NCBI GenBank assembly: GCA_964612415.1
Contig: CAZTCT010000002.1
Coordinates: 13,631-77,630 of the forward strand
Source: an uncultured Candidatus Saccharibacteria bacterium
GTDB lineage: Bacteria > Patescibacteriota > Minisyncoccia > Phycocordibacterales > CAYRGE01
Direction: 5' to 3'
Length of the DNA: 64,000 nt
Within the stretch, counting starts at the first letter, position 1, and every line of letters begins with the position of its first letter. The notes under the pieces are model-generated. The model was not told the origin of the DNA. It ran no database searches and was given only the letters and a program-made list of their open reading frames with translations. A program made the position numbers and the translations under genes. This document shows, piece after piece, positions 27,742 through 37,009 of the stretch.

Positions 27742-29805
27742 TTATTTTCCTTTTGCTTTTTTGGTCTTTTTGTCAGGTTGTCCTACTCCTTTAGCCAAGC
27801 TCTCTTGAAGAAGCCGAATCTCATCGCGTAAGATAGCTGCAGTTTCAAAGTCCAAGATTTTTGCAGCAGCATTCATCTGCTTCTCCTTCTGTCTCAAAAG
27901 TCGGTCAGGATTTTTCTTGAATATTGGTAGATCAGTCTCAATGTTCGCACGCACAGCTTTATCATGAGCTTTTTCAAATTGCTCCGTAATGTCGTGTATC
28001 TTCTTCTCAATAGTCTTCGGGGTGATACCATGCTCTTTATTGTACGCAAGCTGCAACGCTCTGCGGCGGTTGGTTTCCCCTATTGCCCGCTCCATTGAGC
28101 CTGTCATTTGATCAGCGTAGAGAATGACGCGTCCGGTCGCATTACGCGCGGCGCGCCCAATGGTCTGGATAAGCGATGTCTCCGAACGCAAGAAGCCTTC
28201 TTTGTCTGCGTCCAAAATACCAATGAGCGCTACTTCTGGAAGATCAAGACCTTCACGAAGGAGGTTGACCCCGACAAGACAATCAAAAGCGCCTTTGCGA
28301 AATTCCGTGAGGATACGGATGCGATCTATCGTCTTTATCTCGCTATGCAAATATTCCGAGCGAAGCTTCTGCTCTTTGAGATACGCACTTAGGTCTTCCG
28401 CCATCTTTTTCGTCAGCGTGGTAGCAAGTACGCGATAGCCCTTCTTTACTACTGCCTTAGCTTCTTCAATGAAATCAGGCACCTGCCCCTTGAACTTACC
28501 CTTACTCACAATCGGTCGTACTTCAAGTTCGGGATCAACAAGCCCTGTCGGACGAATGATCTGCTCGGCGACATGGCCTTTACTCTTCTCCATCTCGTAT
28601 TCTCCCGGAGTAGCAGATGTATATATGACTTGCCCAACGCGCTCTTCAAATTCTTTGAACTGGAGCGGTCTGTTGTCCAGTGCACTTGGCAGGCGAAAGC
28701 CGAATTCAATAAGAGACTTCTTGCGTGAGGCATCTCCGGCGTGCATGCCACCAACCTGTGGGATGGTCACATGCGACTCATCTATCACGGTAAGGAAGTC
28801 GGGCTTCCCATCTTTTGTATGTGGGAAATATGCGAGAAGTGTATCTGGCGGATCGCCCTCTTCGCGCCCAGCAAGATGGCGTGAATAATTCTCAATACCG
28901 TTGCAATATCCCACTTCCTTGATCATCGCCAAGTCATAATTCGTACGCCTGCGTAGACGCTCAGCCTCTAGAAGCTTCCCTTCCTTTTTAAGCACCTTCA
29001 GACGGTCGGCAAGCTCATTTTTGATCGCGGTTATCGCGCGCTTGCGTTCATCCTCGGGAGTGAGGAAGTGCTTCGCAGGAAAAAGGAAAAGTGTATTGGG
29101 AGTATCAATGATCGCACGCGTGATAGCGTCTATTTTCTCAATTGATTTTATTTTGCCCACACCAAGGTCAACCCGATAAATCACTCTCTCTGATACAGGC
29201 ATGATCTCTACCCTATTGCCAATAGCACGAAATGTCCCAGGGGTGAGGTCGGATGGGGTGCGCTCAAAAAATACTTGTACAAGTTTTGCTATCAAGCTCC
29301 TGCGCTCAAGCTTGTCCCCCACATTGAGCTCCAAATGCTGTTTGCGATATTCCTCGGGGCTTCCAATACCATAGATACAAGATACTGATGCGACAATGAT
29401 GACATCGCGCCGCGTAAGGAGTGCTTGTGTTGATGCATGACGAAGACGGTCAATCTCTTCATTGATTTGTGCATCCTTCTCTATATATGTATCCGATGCA
29501 GCCAAATACGCTTCTGGTTGGTAGTAGTCATAGTATGAAACGAAATAATGTACTTCATTCTCTGGGAAAAATTCCTTGTACTCTTGCGCAAGCTGCGCAG
29601 CAAGCGTTTTGTTGTGCGCAATCACAAGCGTAGGCTTGTTCACATTGGCGATGACATTGGCAATCGTGAAGGTCTTGCCCGACCCCGTCACACCGAGCAG
29701 TGTCTGGTGCTCGATATCAGAATTAAGCCCTTTGGTGAGGGCTTCTATGGCCTTGGGCTGATCGCCCGCCGGCTCCCATTCGCTTTTGAGATTAAAACTT
29801 GCCAT
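27742..29805 (-). CDS. uvrB: Excinuclease ABC subunit B
   Basis: Helicase motifs, beta-hairpin, C-terminal UVR domain. Confidence 0.93.
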   Translation of the reverse strand: MASFNLKSEWEPAGDQPKAIEALTKGLNSDIEHQTLLGVTGSGKTFTIANVIANVNKPTLVIAHNKTLAAQLAQEYKEFFPENEVHYFVSYYDYYQPEAYLAASDTYIEKDAQINEEIDRLRHASTQALLTRRDVIIVASVSCIYGIGSPEEYRKQHLELNVGDKLERRSLIAKLVQVFFERTPSDLTPGTFRAIGNRVEIMPVSERVIYRVDLGVGKIKSIEKIDAITRAIIDTPNTLFLFPAKHFLTPEDERKRAITAIKNELADRLKVLKKEGKLLEAERLRRRTNYDLAMIKEVGYCNGIENYSRHLAGREEGDPPDTLLAYFPHTKDGKPDFLTVIDESHVTIPQVGGMHAGDASRKKSLIEFGFRLPSALDNRPLQFKEFEERVGQVIYTSATPGEYEMEKSKGHVAEQIIRPTGLVDPELEVRPIVSKGKFKGQVPDFIEEAKAVVKKGYRVLATTLTKKMAEDLSAYLKEQKLRSEYLHSEIKTIDRIRILTEFRKGAFDCLVGVNLLREGLDLPEVALIGILDADKEGFLRSETSLIQTIGRAARNATGRVILYADQMTGSMERAIGETNRRRALQLAYNKEHGITPKTIEKKIHDITEQFEKAHDKAVRANIETDLPIFKKNPDRLLRQKEKQMNAAAKILDFETAAILRDEIRLLQESLAKGVGQPDKKTKKAKGK

Positions 29806-29859
29806 AATTACTATAGAAACATACTATAGCACTTTGCGAGACAATCCCAGGAGACTCTC

Positions 29860-30033
29860 ATGCACACCAAGAGCGCACTTGAAACCGCCTTTGACAGGCA
29901 GATGATGGGACACCCAACCTCTGCCGACCTCCCACTCGATGGAATGCACAGTTTCGATGTTCCGAGTATCCCGGTAGATAAACACGCTATCGAGGAAGCA
30001 ATAGCAGCTCTTCAAAAAATATTCTCTCATTGA
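29860..30033 (+). CDS. Small hypothetical protein (57 aa), below the ORF-track length cutoff
   Basis: ATG preceded by AGGAGA at -7 spacing; MHTKSALETAFDRQMMGHPTSADLPLDGMHSFDVPSIPVDKHAIEEAIAALQKIFSH*; immediately followed by C14 and a hairpin/T-run terminator. Confidence 0.4.
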   Translation: MHTKSALETAFDRQMMGHPTSADLPLDGMHSFDVPSIPVDKHAIEEAIAALQKIFSH

Positions 30034-30036
30034 GCT

Positions 30037-30076
30037 CCCCCCCCCCCCCCGCCCTCACCGGCGGGGTTTTCATTTT
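30037..30076 (+). terminator. Intrinsic terminator (C14 run + CCCCGCC-ctcacc-GGCGGGG + TTTT) after the small plus-strand ORF; overlaps the tgt stop codon
   Basis: Read directly. Confidence 0.6.
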
Positions 30077-31281
30077 CCGTAATATTGAGTGAGAAATTCG
30101 TCGCGGTACTTCTCAAAATTGCCATCGAGTATCGCTTGCCGCATATTGTTCACCATTTTAATAATGAACGTCAGATTGTGGATTGACCCGAGTGTCGCAG
30201 CAAGCATTTCCTTGGAGCGATACAGGTGCGAGAGATAGCTTCGTGTGTAATTTTCGCACGTGTAGCATCCGCATTCACTATCAATCGGCGATGAGTCGCG
30301 TGTGAACTGTGAATTGAAAATATTTATCCGTCCATCATGGGTATAGAGACCCCCGGTTCTACCAAGGCGCGTCGGTGCCACGCAATCAAACAAATCGCAT
30401 CCATTCTCTACGGCACCAAAGAGATCAAGCGGTTCCCCGATGCCAAGCAGGTGTCGCGGCTTCTCTTCAGGCAAAATCTTGTTCACCCATGCGACAGCAG
30501 TATTCATATCCTCTTTATCAAACGAGCCTCCAATACCGAATCCATCAAAATCCATTCGCCCTACTTCTTCTGCACTCTCTTTGCGTAAGTCTTCAAAGCG
30601 GCCGCCTTGCACAATACCAAAGAGCGCTTGCTTGTTCGAAGCTTCATTGTTCGCATCGTGCGCGTCTAGGCTTCGTTTTGCCCAACGGTGTGTACGTGCG
30701 AGTGCCTCTTTTTGATATTCATATGACGCACGCGGAGATGTGCATTCATCAAACGCAAAGATAACATCTGCGCCAATGCCATGTTGTATTTCGATCGAGC
30801 GCTCTGGAGTGAATAGATGCTCTGATCCATCGTATGGAGATTTGAACGACACACCGTCTTCGGTCACCTTTGCAAGCGGCGTCTCTTCGCCTTCCGGTGC
30901 TTCGCGCGCATCGCTCGTTTCATCGCCCTTTGCCACTTTACTCACTCCTTTGCCATACGCCACACCCAGCGAGAATGCCTGGAATCCACCAGAGTCAGTC
31001 ATGGTGGGCCCTGTCCAGTTCATAAACTTATGCAGTCCTCCAGAGGCCTGAATAATGTCATGCCCAGGCTCCAAATAGAGATGATATGTATTGGCAAGTA
31101 CCACCTGTGCGCCGGCATTCTTCACTTGCTCTGGTGTAAGTGATTTAACAGTTCCCTTCGTGCCGACAGTGACAAAAGCGGGCGTTTGTATCTCGCCGTG
31201 TGGTGTTGTAAGCACGCCAGCACGACCCAAGTGCCCTTTGAGCTTCTTCTGAATATTAAATGTTATTGGTGAGTCAAACAT
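30070..31281 (-). CDS. tgt: Queuine tRNA-ribosyltransferase
   Basis: TIM-barrel Tgt core and zinc site CGCYTC...H. Confidence 0.9.
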   Translation of the reverse strand: MFDSPITFNIQKKLKGHLGRAGVLTTPHGEIQTPAFVTVGTKGTVKSLTPEQVKNAGAQVVLANTYHLYLEPGHDIIQASGGLHKFMNWTGPTMTDSGGFQAFSLGVAYGKGVSKVAKGDETSDAREAPEGEETPLAKVTEDGVSFKSPYDGSEHLFTPERSIEIQHGIGADVIFAFDECTSPRASYEYQKEALARTHRWAKRSLDAHDANNEASNKQALFGIVQGGRFEDLRKESAEEVGRMDFDGFGIGGSFDKEDMNTAVAWVNKILPEEKPRHLLGIGEPLDLFGAVENGCDLFDCVAPTRLGRTGGLYTHDGRINIFNSQFTRDSSPIDSECGCYTCENYTRSYLSHLYRSKEMLAATLGSIHNLTFIIKMVNNMRQAILDGNFEKYRDEFLTQYYGK

Positions 31282-31311
31282 GTAGCATCACGATAGCGCG
31301 GGAATGTATTT

Positions 31312-31340
31312 TTGACAACTAGCGCATCTCCAGGTATAGT
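31312..31340 (+). promoter_or_regulatory. Consensus promoter TTGACA-17-TATAGT for folA
   Basis: tttTTGACAactagcgcatctccaggTATAGT; GAAGAGGA Shine-Dalgarno about 10 nt from the ATG. Confidence 0.6.
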
Positions 31341-31388
31341 TTGTCCGGAACATATCACAACGAAAACTAGACGAAGAGGATTTCGTAG

Positions 31389-31937
31389 ATGGACATTACA
31401 ATGATAGTTGCGCTCGGCGACAAAACTCATGTCATCGGCAAAAACGGAGAACTCCCCTGGCCATTCTTAGCAAAGGATTTGGCCAACTTCAAAGAGAGGA
31501 CGCTCGGCAAACCCTGTATTATGGGGAGAAAGACTGCCGAGTCGATCATGGCACGCTTGGGGAAGAGGAGGCTTCTCCCAGACCGAACGAATATTGTACT
31601 GACACGAGGATGCCGTCTCTATGATCATCCTAACGCCTATTGCGTAGAATCAGTAAATGAGGCGCTTCTCTACGCAAAAGAGCACGCAAATGGGCAAAAT
31701 GAAGCAATGATCATTGGGGGTGCCGAGATCTACAAATTGTTTTTTCCGTATGCAACTCGAATGATCATTACCATCGTCTACGGCGACTATGAGGGTGACA
31801 CTTATTTCCCCCGCTGGGACGAAGGAACTTGGATGAATCTCGAGGAGGAGACTCGCGCATTCCCGCCCGAGAATTCAACCCCCGGTTTCCGTATCGAGAC
31901 ATACAAACGCGTCGGCAAACCTGCACTTGCAATCTAG
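31389..31937 (+). CDS. folA: Dihydrofolate reductase
   Basis: IVALGDKTHVIGKNGELPW...ANFKERTLGKPCIMGRKTAESI DHFR signature. Confidence 0.82.
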   Translation: MDITMIVALGDKTHVIGKNGELPWPFLAKDLANFKERTLGKPCIMGRKTAESIMARLGKRRLLPDRTNIVLTRGCRLYDHPNAYCVESVNEALLYAKEHANGQNEAMIIGGAEIYKLFFPYATRMIITIVYGDYEGDTYFPRWDEGTWMNLEEETRAFPPENSTPGFRIETYKRVGKPALAI

Positions 31938-31944
31938 CACCCCC

Positions 31945-31984
31945 CCCCCTGCAAAACAGGCGTTTTGCAGGGGGTTTCTTTTTT
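31945..31984 (+). terminator. Intrinsic terminator of folA (13-bp G/C-rich stem + T10)
   Basis: CCCCCTGCAAAAC-aggc-GTTTTGCAGGGGG-TTTCTTTTTT. Confidence 0.8.
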
Positions 31985-32014
31985 ATCCCTTAAACACGAG
32001 GAGAGCTCATAGAT

Positions 32015-32077
32015 TTCAAATGTACGAGGTGGTTTAAAAAACGGCTCAACCGATCGGTTGAGCCGTTTTTTGCCCCT
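32015..32077. repeat. Repeat copy 2 (palindrome 32041..32066) between convergent folA and the ROK kinase gene
   Basis: About 60 nt nearly identical to copy 1, including the aaatgtacgaggtggtt extension. Confidence 0.85.
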
Positions 32078-32926
32078 CTAGAGGCCTTTTTGTCGCAAAT
32101 ATGCCATAGCCCCATGGACCCCCATTTCATCCCCAAATACTGCAGGGACTATCTCTGGCGCAACGGGGATAGTCCCCCTAATAGTGTCCTCAAGGCAAAG
32201 GCGCACCTCTGGGATGGGTATCCCGATCTTATTCATCATAGAACCCCCCAAGACAATGACCTCGGGTGACCAGAGCATGCAAATATCATGAAGCCCATAG
32301 GCAAGCCATTTGGCTTTTTCTTTCCAAAACTCTTCATCAGTGATTTCAACTGGCTTTCGTCCCTCATGTTGCTCAGTACAGGCGCCACTTATATAGCTTG
32401 CAAGATATCCCCCGCCGCAAATGTTTTGCGTATCGTTTAGTTTAGAGGCATCCACAATAAGCCAACTTGGCTCAAATCCTGTTGCACTCTCATCAATACG
32501 TCCGTCAACAAAACGGCATCCTCCAACTCCAGTACTTACTGTTATGTACGCCGCGATCCGTCGTCCTTGCGCTGGTCCATACGTGACTTGTGCAAGTCCC
32601 CCCATCGCAGCATCATTTTCAATAAAGACCTTACACCCGAGCGCGTTTTCAAATTGATCTTTTATTGGCTGTCGCAACCAGCCCTTAATATTTGTCCCGC
32701 CAGAAACCAATTCCGTTTTTTCGGCATTCGGAGAAGCTGCAACGCCAATTGCCGCAGCCTTAAGCGGCGTATCCCCACGAAGTTCTGTGATGACGCGCAC
32801 CACTTCGCTCACTCCTTCATGAAAATCAGGTGGTGTAGAAAAAACTTTTACCTCCCCAAAAGTGAGGAGGTCTGCCGAAAGCGCTACGCGTGTTTTTGTT
32901 CCACCGATATCAACTAGTGCGTACAT
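32078..32926 (-). CDS. ROK-family sugar kinase (glucokinase-like)
   Basis: N-terminal DIGGTKTRVAL, ENDAAMGGLA, VSTGVGGC ROK/actin-like ATPase motifs; last gene of the glycogen-PPP operon. Confidence 0.75.
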   Translation of the reverse strand: MYALVDIGGTKTRVALSADLLTFGEVKVFSTPPDFHEGVSEVVRVITELRGDTPLKAAAIGVAASPNAEKTELVSGGTNIKGWLRQPIKDQFENALGCKVFIENDAAMGGLAQVTYGPAQGRRIAAYITVSTGVGGCRFVDGRIDESATGFEPSWLIVDASKLNDTQNICGGGYLASYISGACTEQHEGRKPVEITDEEFWKEKAKWLAYGLHDICMLWSPEVIVLGGSMMNKIGIPIPEVRLCLEDTIRGTIPVAPEIVPAVFGDEMGVHGAMAYLRQKGL

Positions 32927-32935
32927 AGGATAATT

Positions 32936-33910
32936 CTACACGCCCGCAGGAAGGGCGCAACCATTAAACGCCCGCACCTGTTCATTGTATTGGGCAACTC
33001 TTGTTTTGATCGAGGCAATAAGATCATTCACTTGAGCCACAAGAGTATTGTACTGATTAACTTTCGCATTATATGCATCGAAGTCTTGTTTTGACATACT
33101 ATTGAGTTCTTCACCCATAACATCTAGTTGTGCTTTGAGTGTGTCAACAGTTTTTTGATCTTGTTCAATACCTGCTTTAAGTTCGGGGCTTGGGCTTGGG
33201 CATGCAGACAGTGACCTGCCAAATTCCTGCACCGCCATCCACACTGTTCTGCCCTCATATGTGCCCTTCTTTACAGAAACGCCAATCTCCTGGTAAAGCG
33301 GATTGAGAATGTTAGCACGATGACCAGGACTATTCATCCACGCATCTACTAAATCAGCATCACCATCAAACGTCCCCATCGCAAGATTTTCTCCAATATT
33401 CACATACGCATATCCAACGCGAGCTGCGAGCGTCTCTACATTTGCTCCTGTAGGTGATTCGTGCTCAAAGTATTGGAGCTGAAACATATCATCTACCTTG
33501 AGTTCTGCCGCATTCCCTAACCGCGCATTTTCGAGAAGTGCAGGCAGTCCGTGTGCCACACGCTGCTTATTGGTCTCAGCAATCACTCCTGAGATTGTAA
33601 TCGTGTGAGGATCAGAAGGTGTGACATTTATATTTTTGACAAGCGGTGCGGGCTTTGACACGACCTTCCCTTCCACTGATTCGTTCTTTACAGTCTCTTC
33701 TAGCGGAGCAATTGCGTCATTCCCATCCCCCACCCCTGATGCCGAAACACTCCCTTCATTGGGCGAGACGACGTTGGCAGGAATTTTTACCGCATTTTGA
33801 TATGCAACATCATTTTTAAAATCCACAACATTCTCAATCTGAAAATAGACGAAGGTGGCAGAGCCAATGAATGCGAGAAGTGCAAGTACAAAAAGTTTAA
33901 GGAATTGCAT
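32936..33910 (-). CDS. CAP/SCP (YkwD-like) domain protein with N-terminal TM and C-terminal coiled coil
   Basis: CAP core with SPGHRANIL motif. Confidence 0.75.
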   Translation of the reverse strand: MQFLKLFVLALLAFIGSATFVYFQIENVVDFKNDVAYQNAVKIPANVVSPNEGSVSASGVGDGNDAIAPLEETVKNESVEGKVVSKPAPLVKNINVTPSDPHTITISGVIAETNKQRVAHGLPALLENARLGNAAELKVDDMFQLQYFEHESPTGANVETLAARVGYAYVNIGENLAMGTFDGDADLVDAWMNSPGHRANILNPLYQEIGVSVKKGTYEGRTVWMAVQEFGRSLSACPSPSPELKAGIEQDQKTVDTLKAQLDVMGEELNSMSKQDFDAYNAKVNQYNTLVAQVNDLIASIKTRVAQYNEQVRAFNGCALPAGV

Positions 33911-33911
33911 A

Positions 33912-34682
33912 TTAGACCAATGCTTTTATTTTACTAAGTGTATTATAGAGCGCGCGATCAGTATAGAGCGTCCCTGGCACCTCACGGAGTATACGTGCAG
34001 GAGTATCCGCGAGCGAACCATTTTCGGTCATTTTGGCGATCGCCCCTGCTTTCCCTTCTCCTGTTGCAAATACATATACCTGTTTCAATTCCTTTAGAAA
34101 TGTCATGGTGGCCGTTATACGAACTCTAAACATATTTTTGCCTCCTGCGTCGTATGTACTGACCCACTCTTTGCCGCAAAATTGTTCTTGAAAGAAAGCC
34201 TGATCTTCTGGATACGGCATGATCCCCGCCGTATGTCCATCCGCCCCAATCCCCGCAGTTGCGATCATTTCCCCTTTTGGATATTTTTTCCTCCATGCGT
34301 GGAGAAGTTTTTCAAATCCTTTTGCGATACTCTCAGGACTGCGTGACTCCCCTTGCTTGATCTCTATGAAAGAAACCCCTTTGTCTGCCGCAACATGCGC
34401 AAACCGCATGAGTGACAGTGCCCGAGAATTGCTAGTCCTCCCCGTTGGGTCGTACCGCTCATCCAAAACGCCTATAGTAAGGTATCCACCAAGCACTTTC
34501 TTGTCCACGTGCCCGAATATACCGAGCGCAGTGCCTCCAGAGGCGAGTAGTAAGATGGGCTGTTTTTTGCGTTTGGCAATACGCAAATATCGCGATAAGT
34601 CCGCTGCGGCAACGCGCGCAGCTTCGTCTGCTGTCCTTTCAACATTGACAGTAAGTGCCCCAATGACATCAGTAACCGCCAT
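33912..34682 (-). CDS. pgl: 6-phosphogluconolactonase (NagB/Pgl family)
   Basis: Glucosamine-6-P isomerase/6PGL fold (LLASGGT..., GADGHTAG); sits in zwf-gnd-pgl order. Start at MAVTDVIG (34682) avoids overlap with gnd. Confidence 0.75.
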   Translation of the reverse strand: MAVTDVIGALTVNVERTADEAARVAAADLSRYLRIAKRKKQPILLLASGGTALGIFGHVDKKVLGGYLTIGVLDERYDPTGRTSNSRALSLMRFAHVAADKGVSFIEIKQGESRSPESIAKGFEKLLHAWRKKYPKGEMIATAGIGADGHTAGIMPYPEDQAFFQEQFCGKEWVSTYDAGGKNMFRVRITATMTFLKELKQVYVFATGEGKAGAIAKMTENGSLADTPARILREVPGTLYTDRALYNTLSKIKALV

Positions 34683-34683
34683 T

Positions 34684-35577
34684 TTATTTTTTTGAAACGT
34701 CGTGCCCGCCAAATTCGTTGCGGAGCGCAGACACTACCTTTCCTGTGTATGTCTCGTTACCTTTTGACTGCACACGAAAATCTAGTGCGGCCTCAATCGC
34801 CGGAGTCGCAAGCTCCTGCTCTTTTGCCTCCTCAACGGTCCACATCCCCTCCCCCGAGTGTGCAACTTCTCCAGAAATATCCGAAAGTGCACTCCCATGT
34901 TTTTTGTATGCGGACACAAGCCACTCAATAAGCCGCGACTCAATCACACTTCCGTGATTATACAAATTCGCGACCGCCTCAAGATCAAGGTCAAACTGTG
35001 AATTTTGCATCAGCGCAAATCCTTCCCCAATGGATTGCATCATGCCATATTCAATGCCATTGTGAACCATTTTCACAAAATGCCCGGAGCCAGAGGCACC
35101 ACAATACAGAAGTGCGTCCTCTGCGGCGATGTCTGTAAAAAGTTTTTTGTGCGCATCAAAAGTCTCTTTCTCTCCTCCTACCATGACACATGCGCCAGTT
35201 TTTGCGCCACCCGGGCCACCACTCACCCCCGCATCAAGATACTTAATTCCTCTACCCTCCAGCATTTTTGACCTAATGACCGTCTTTTTGTAAGGAGAGT
35301 TGCCTCCATCAATGATCGTGTCGCCTGATTCAAGCTGCGGCAAGAGCTCAGCGAGTACGGCATCAACAACCCCGTGCGGAACCATGAGCCATACCGTTCG
35401 CGGAGCTGAGAGTTTTTTGAAATCTGCAACACTTTCGGCGACCTCTGCGATGTCTGCCGCCTTTCCTCTAGCTCCCTCGTTCGCATCGTAAGCCAATACA
35501 TCCCACCCCACATTCACAAGGTGAGATATCATATTGAGCCCCATTTTTCCCAATCCAATGTATCCAATTTTACTCAT
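34684..35577 (-). CDS. gnd: 6-phosphogluconate dehydrogenase, short (about 300 aa) form
   Basis: N-terminal IGYIGLGKMGLNM Rossmann motif and 6PGDH core. Confidence 0.85.
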   Translation of the reverse strand: MSKIGYIGLGKMGLNMISHLVNVGWDVLAYDANEGARGKAADIAEVAESVADFKKLSAPRTVWLMVPHGVVDAVLAELLPQLESGDTIIDGGNSPYKKTVIRSKMLEGRGIKYLDAGVSGGPGGAKTGACVMVGGEKETFDAHKKLFTDIAAEDALLYCGASGSGHFVKMVHNGIEYGMMQSIGEGFALMQNSQFDLDLEAVANLYNHGSVIESRLIEWLVSAYKKHGSALSDISGEVAHSGEGMWTVEEAKEQELATPAIEAALDFRVQSKGNETYTGKVVSALRNEFGGHDVSKK

Positions 35578-35581
35578 CGCT

Positions 35582-36994
35582 TTATTCTACCTCAAGTTGT
35601 TCGCCTTTCTTATATTTTACCAAAGGTAACGTCCCCCACGAATTGATAATGGGCGTAATGAAGGCCCACGCCCTCTCAACTTCATTTGTACTTGCAAAGA
35701 GAGTTTGGTCTCCAATGATACTATCGTAGAGAACCTTTTCATACGCATCCGGTATGGGTAATGTGTCCGCATCGCCATTGTAGGCAAACGAGAGAAGGCG
35801 GGCGGCAAGGTCATGGTCAAACCCAGCTTTTCTTGCCCAAAACCGAACAGATATACCTTCGTCAGGTTGTATGCGAAATACTAAAACATTTTCATGCTCA
35901 ATCTCGTCATCATGTGAACAGAGACATGTGTCGCTATGTTTAAATGTAACGCGAATCTCAGTCTTCCGCTCCGCAAGCGCTTTCCCGCTTTCAAGATAAA
36001 ATGGCACCCCTTCCCAACGGGGCATGTTTAAAAATGCACGCAGCTTAAAGTATGTCTCCGTCTGCGAGTGAGGGCTAACACCTTTCCCTAATGCATATTC
36101 ATTATACTGAGCGCGAAACGCATCAAGAGTAACATCAAGTGGCGCTAGGGCGTCAAAAACTTCCGCCCTTTTCGCGCGTATAGAGTCAGCAGACATGCCA
36201 TCAGGTCTGTTCATCGCAACAAGCGCAAGCATCTGCAAGATATGGTTCTGCCCCACATCCCGCAGCTCTCCAACTCCATCGTAAAAGTCACCCCGAAATG
36301 ATAAATCAGAGGTGTCGCTCATCATTATCTCCACTTTTCGGATGTGCTCTTTATTCCACAATGGCTCAAAAAGGCGGTTTGCAAATCTAAACATCAAAAT
36401 ATCCTGTACAGCGTTCTTCCCAAGATAATGATCGATTCGGAAAATTTGCTCCTCTTTGAACAGCAGCCCTAGTGTTCGGTCGAGCTCTTTTGCTGTCTTG
36501 ATATCTTTCCCAAATGGTTTTTCAATGAGAATACGGGTCCACCCAGTTTTATCACTACAAGAAAGTGAGAGTCCTGAATTAGCAATTTGCCCAATAATAT
36601 CTTCGTAGTGCCCAGGAGAAGCTGCGAGATAAAGTAACTTATTCGTACACATCTTGATTTGCTTCTCAAACGCAATGACCGCAAGCGCAAGCGCCCCATA
36701 TGCATCTGCAGAATTAAAGTCCCCGGACAAATAGTGGATACGTTCAACAAAGGCACGCACCTTGTCTTTGTCTGCAACGCGCCCAAGAATGCTCTCCCTC
36801 TCCACGAACTCGCGATACTCTGCATCGCTAAACTCCCTTCGCGAGAAACCAATGAGCCGCCATTGATCAGGCAAAAGACCCCTGCTGTAGAGATCAAAAA
36901 GTGCGGGAAGGAGTTTTTTGCGTGCTAAATCTCCAGTGCCGCCAAATATTACAAAAATAGTAGGGACATTCCCTACTTTTATCTTCTCGGGCAT
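35582..36994 (-). CDS. zwf: Glucose-6-phosphate 1-dehydrogenase
   Basis: RIDHYLGK and EKPFGKD signature motifs. Confidence 0.92.
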   Translation of the reverse strand: MPEKIKVGNVPTIFVIFGGTGDLARKKLLPALFDLYSRGLLPDQWRLIGFSRREFSDAEYREFVERESILGRVADKDKVRAFVERIHYLSGDFNSADAYGALALAVIAFEKQIKMCTNKLLYLAASPGHYEDIIGQIANSGLSLSCSDKTGWTRILIEKPFGKDIKTAKELDRTLGLLFKEEQIFRIDHYLGKNAVQDILMFRFANRLFEPLWNKEHIRKVEIMMSDTSDLSFRGDFYDGVGELRDVGQNHILQMLALVAMNRPDGMSADSIRAKRAEVFDALAPLDVTLDAFRAQYNEYALGKGVSPHSQTETYFKLRAFLNMPRWEGVPFYLESGKALAERKTEIRVTFKHSDTCLCSHDDEIEHENVLVFRIQPDEGISVRFWARKAGFDHDLAARLLSFAYNGDADTLPIPDAYEKVLYDSIIGDQTLFASTNEVERAWAFITPIINSWGTLPLVKYKKGEQLEVE

Positions 36995-37009
36995 ATGTTC
37001 TCGTGTAAT

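Noticed and set aside
29824-30030. 68-aa minus-strand ORF in the uvrB-tgt spacer
   Set aside because: Cys/Trp/His-rich, no Shine-Dalgarno. The plus-strand 57-aa frame has a Shine-Dalgarno and a dedicated terminator; kept only as the less likely alternative.
34219-34695. 158-aa plus-strand ORF antisense to pgl
   Set aside because: Antisense to a gene with clear family motifs and operon context; Pro/Ser/Ala-rich shadow ORF.
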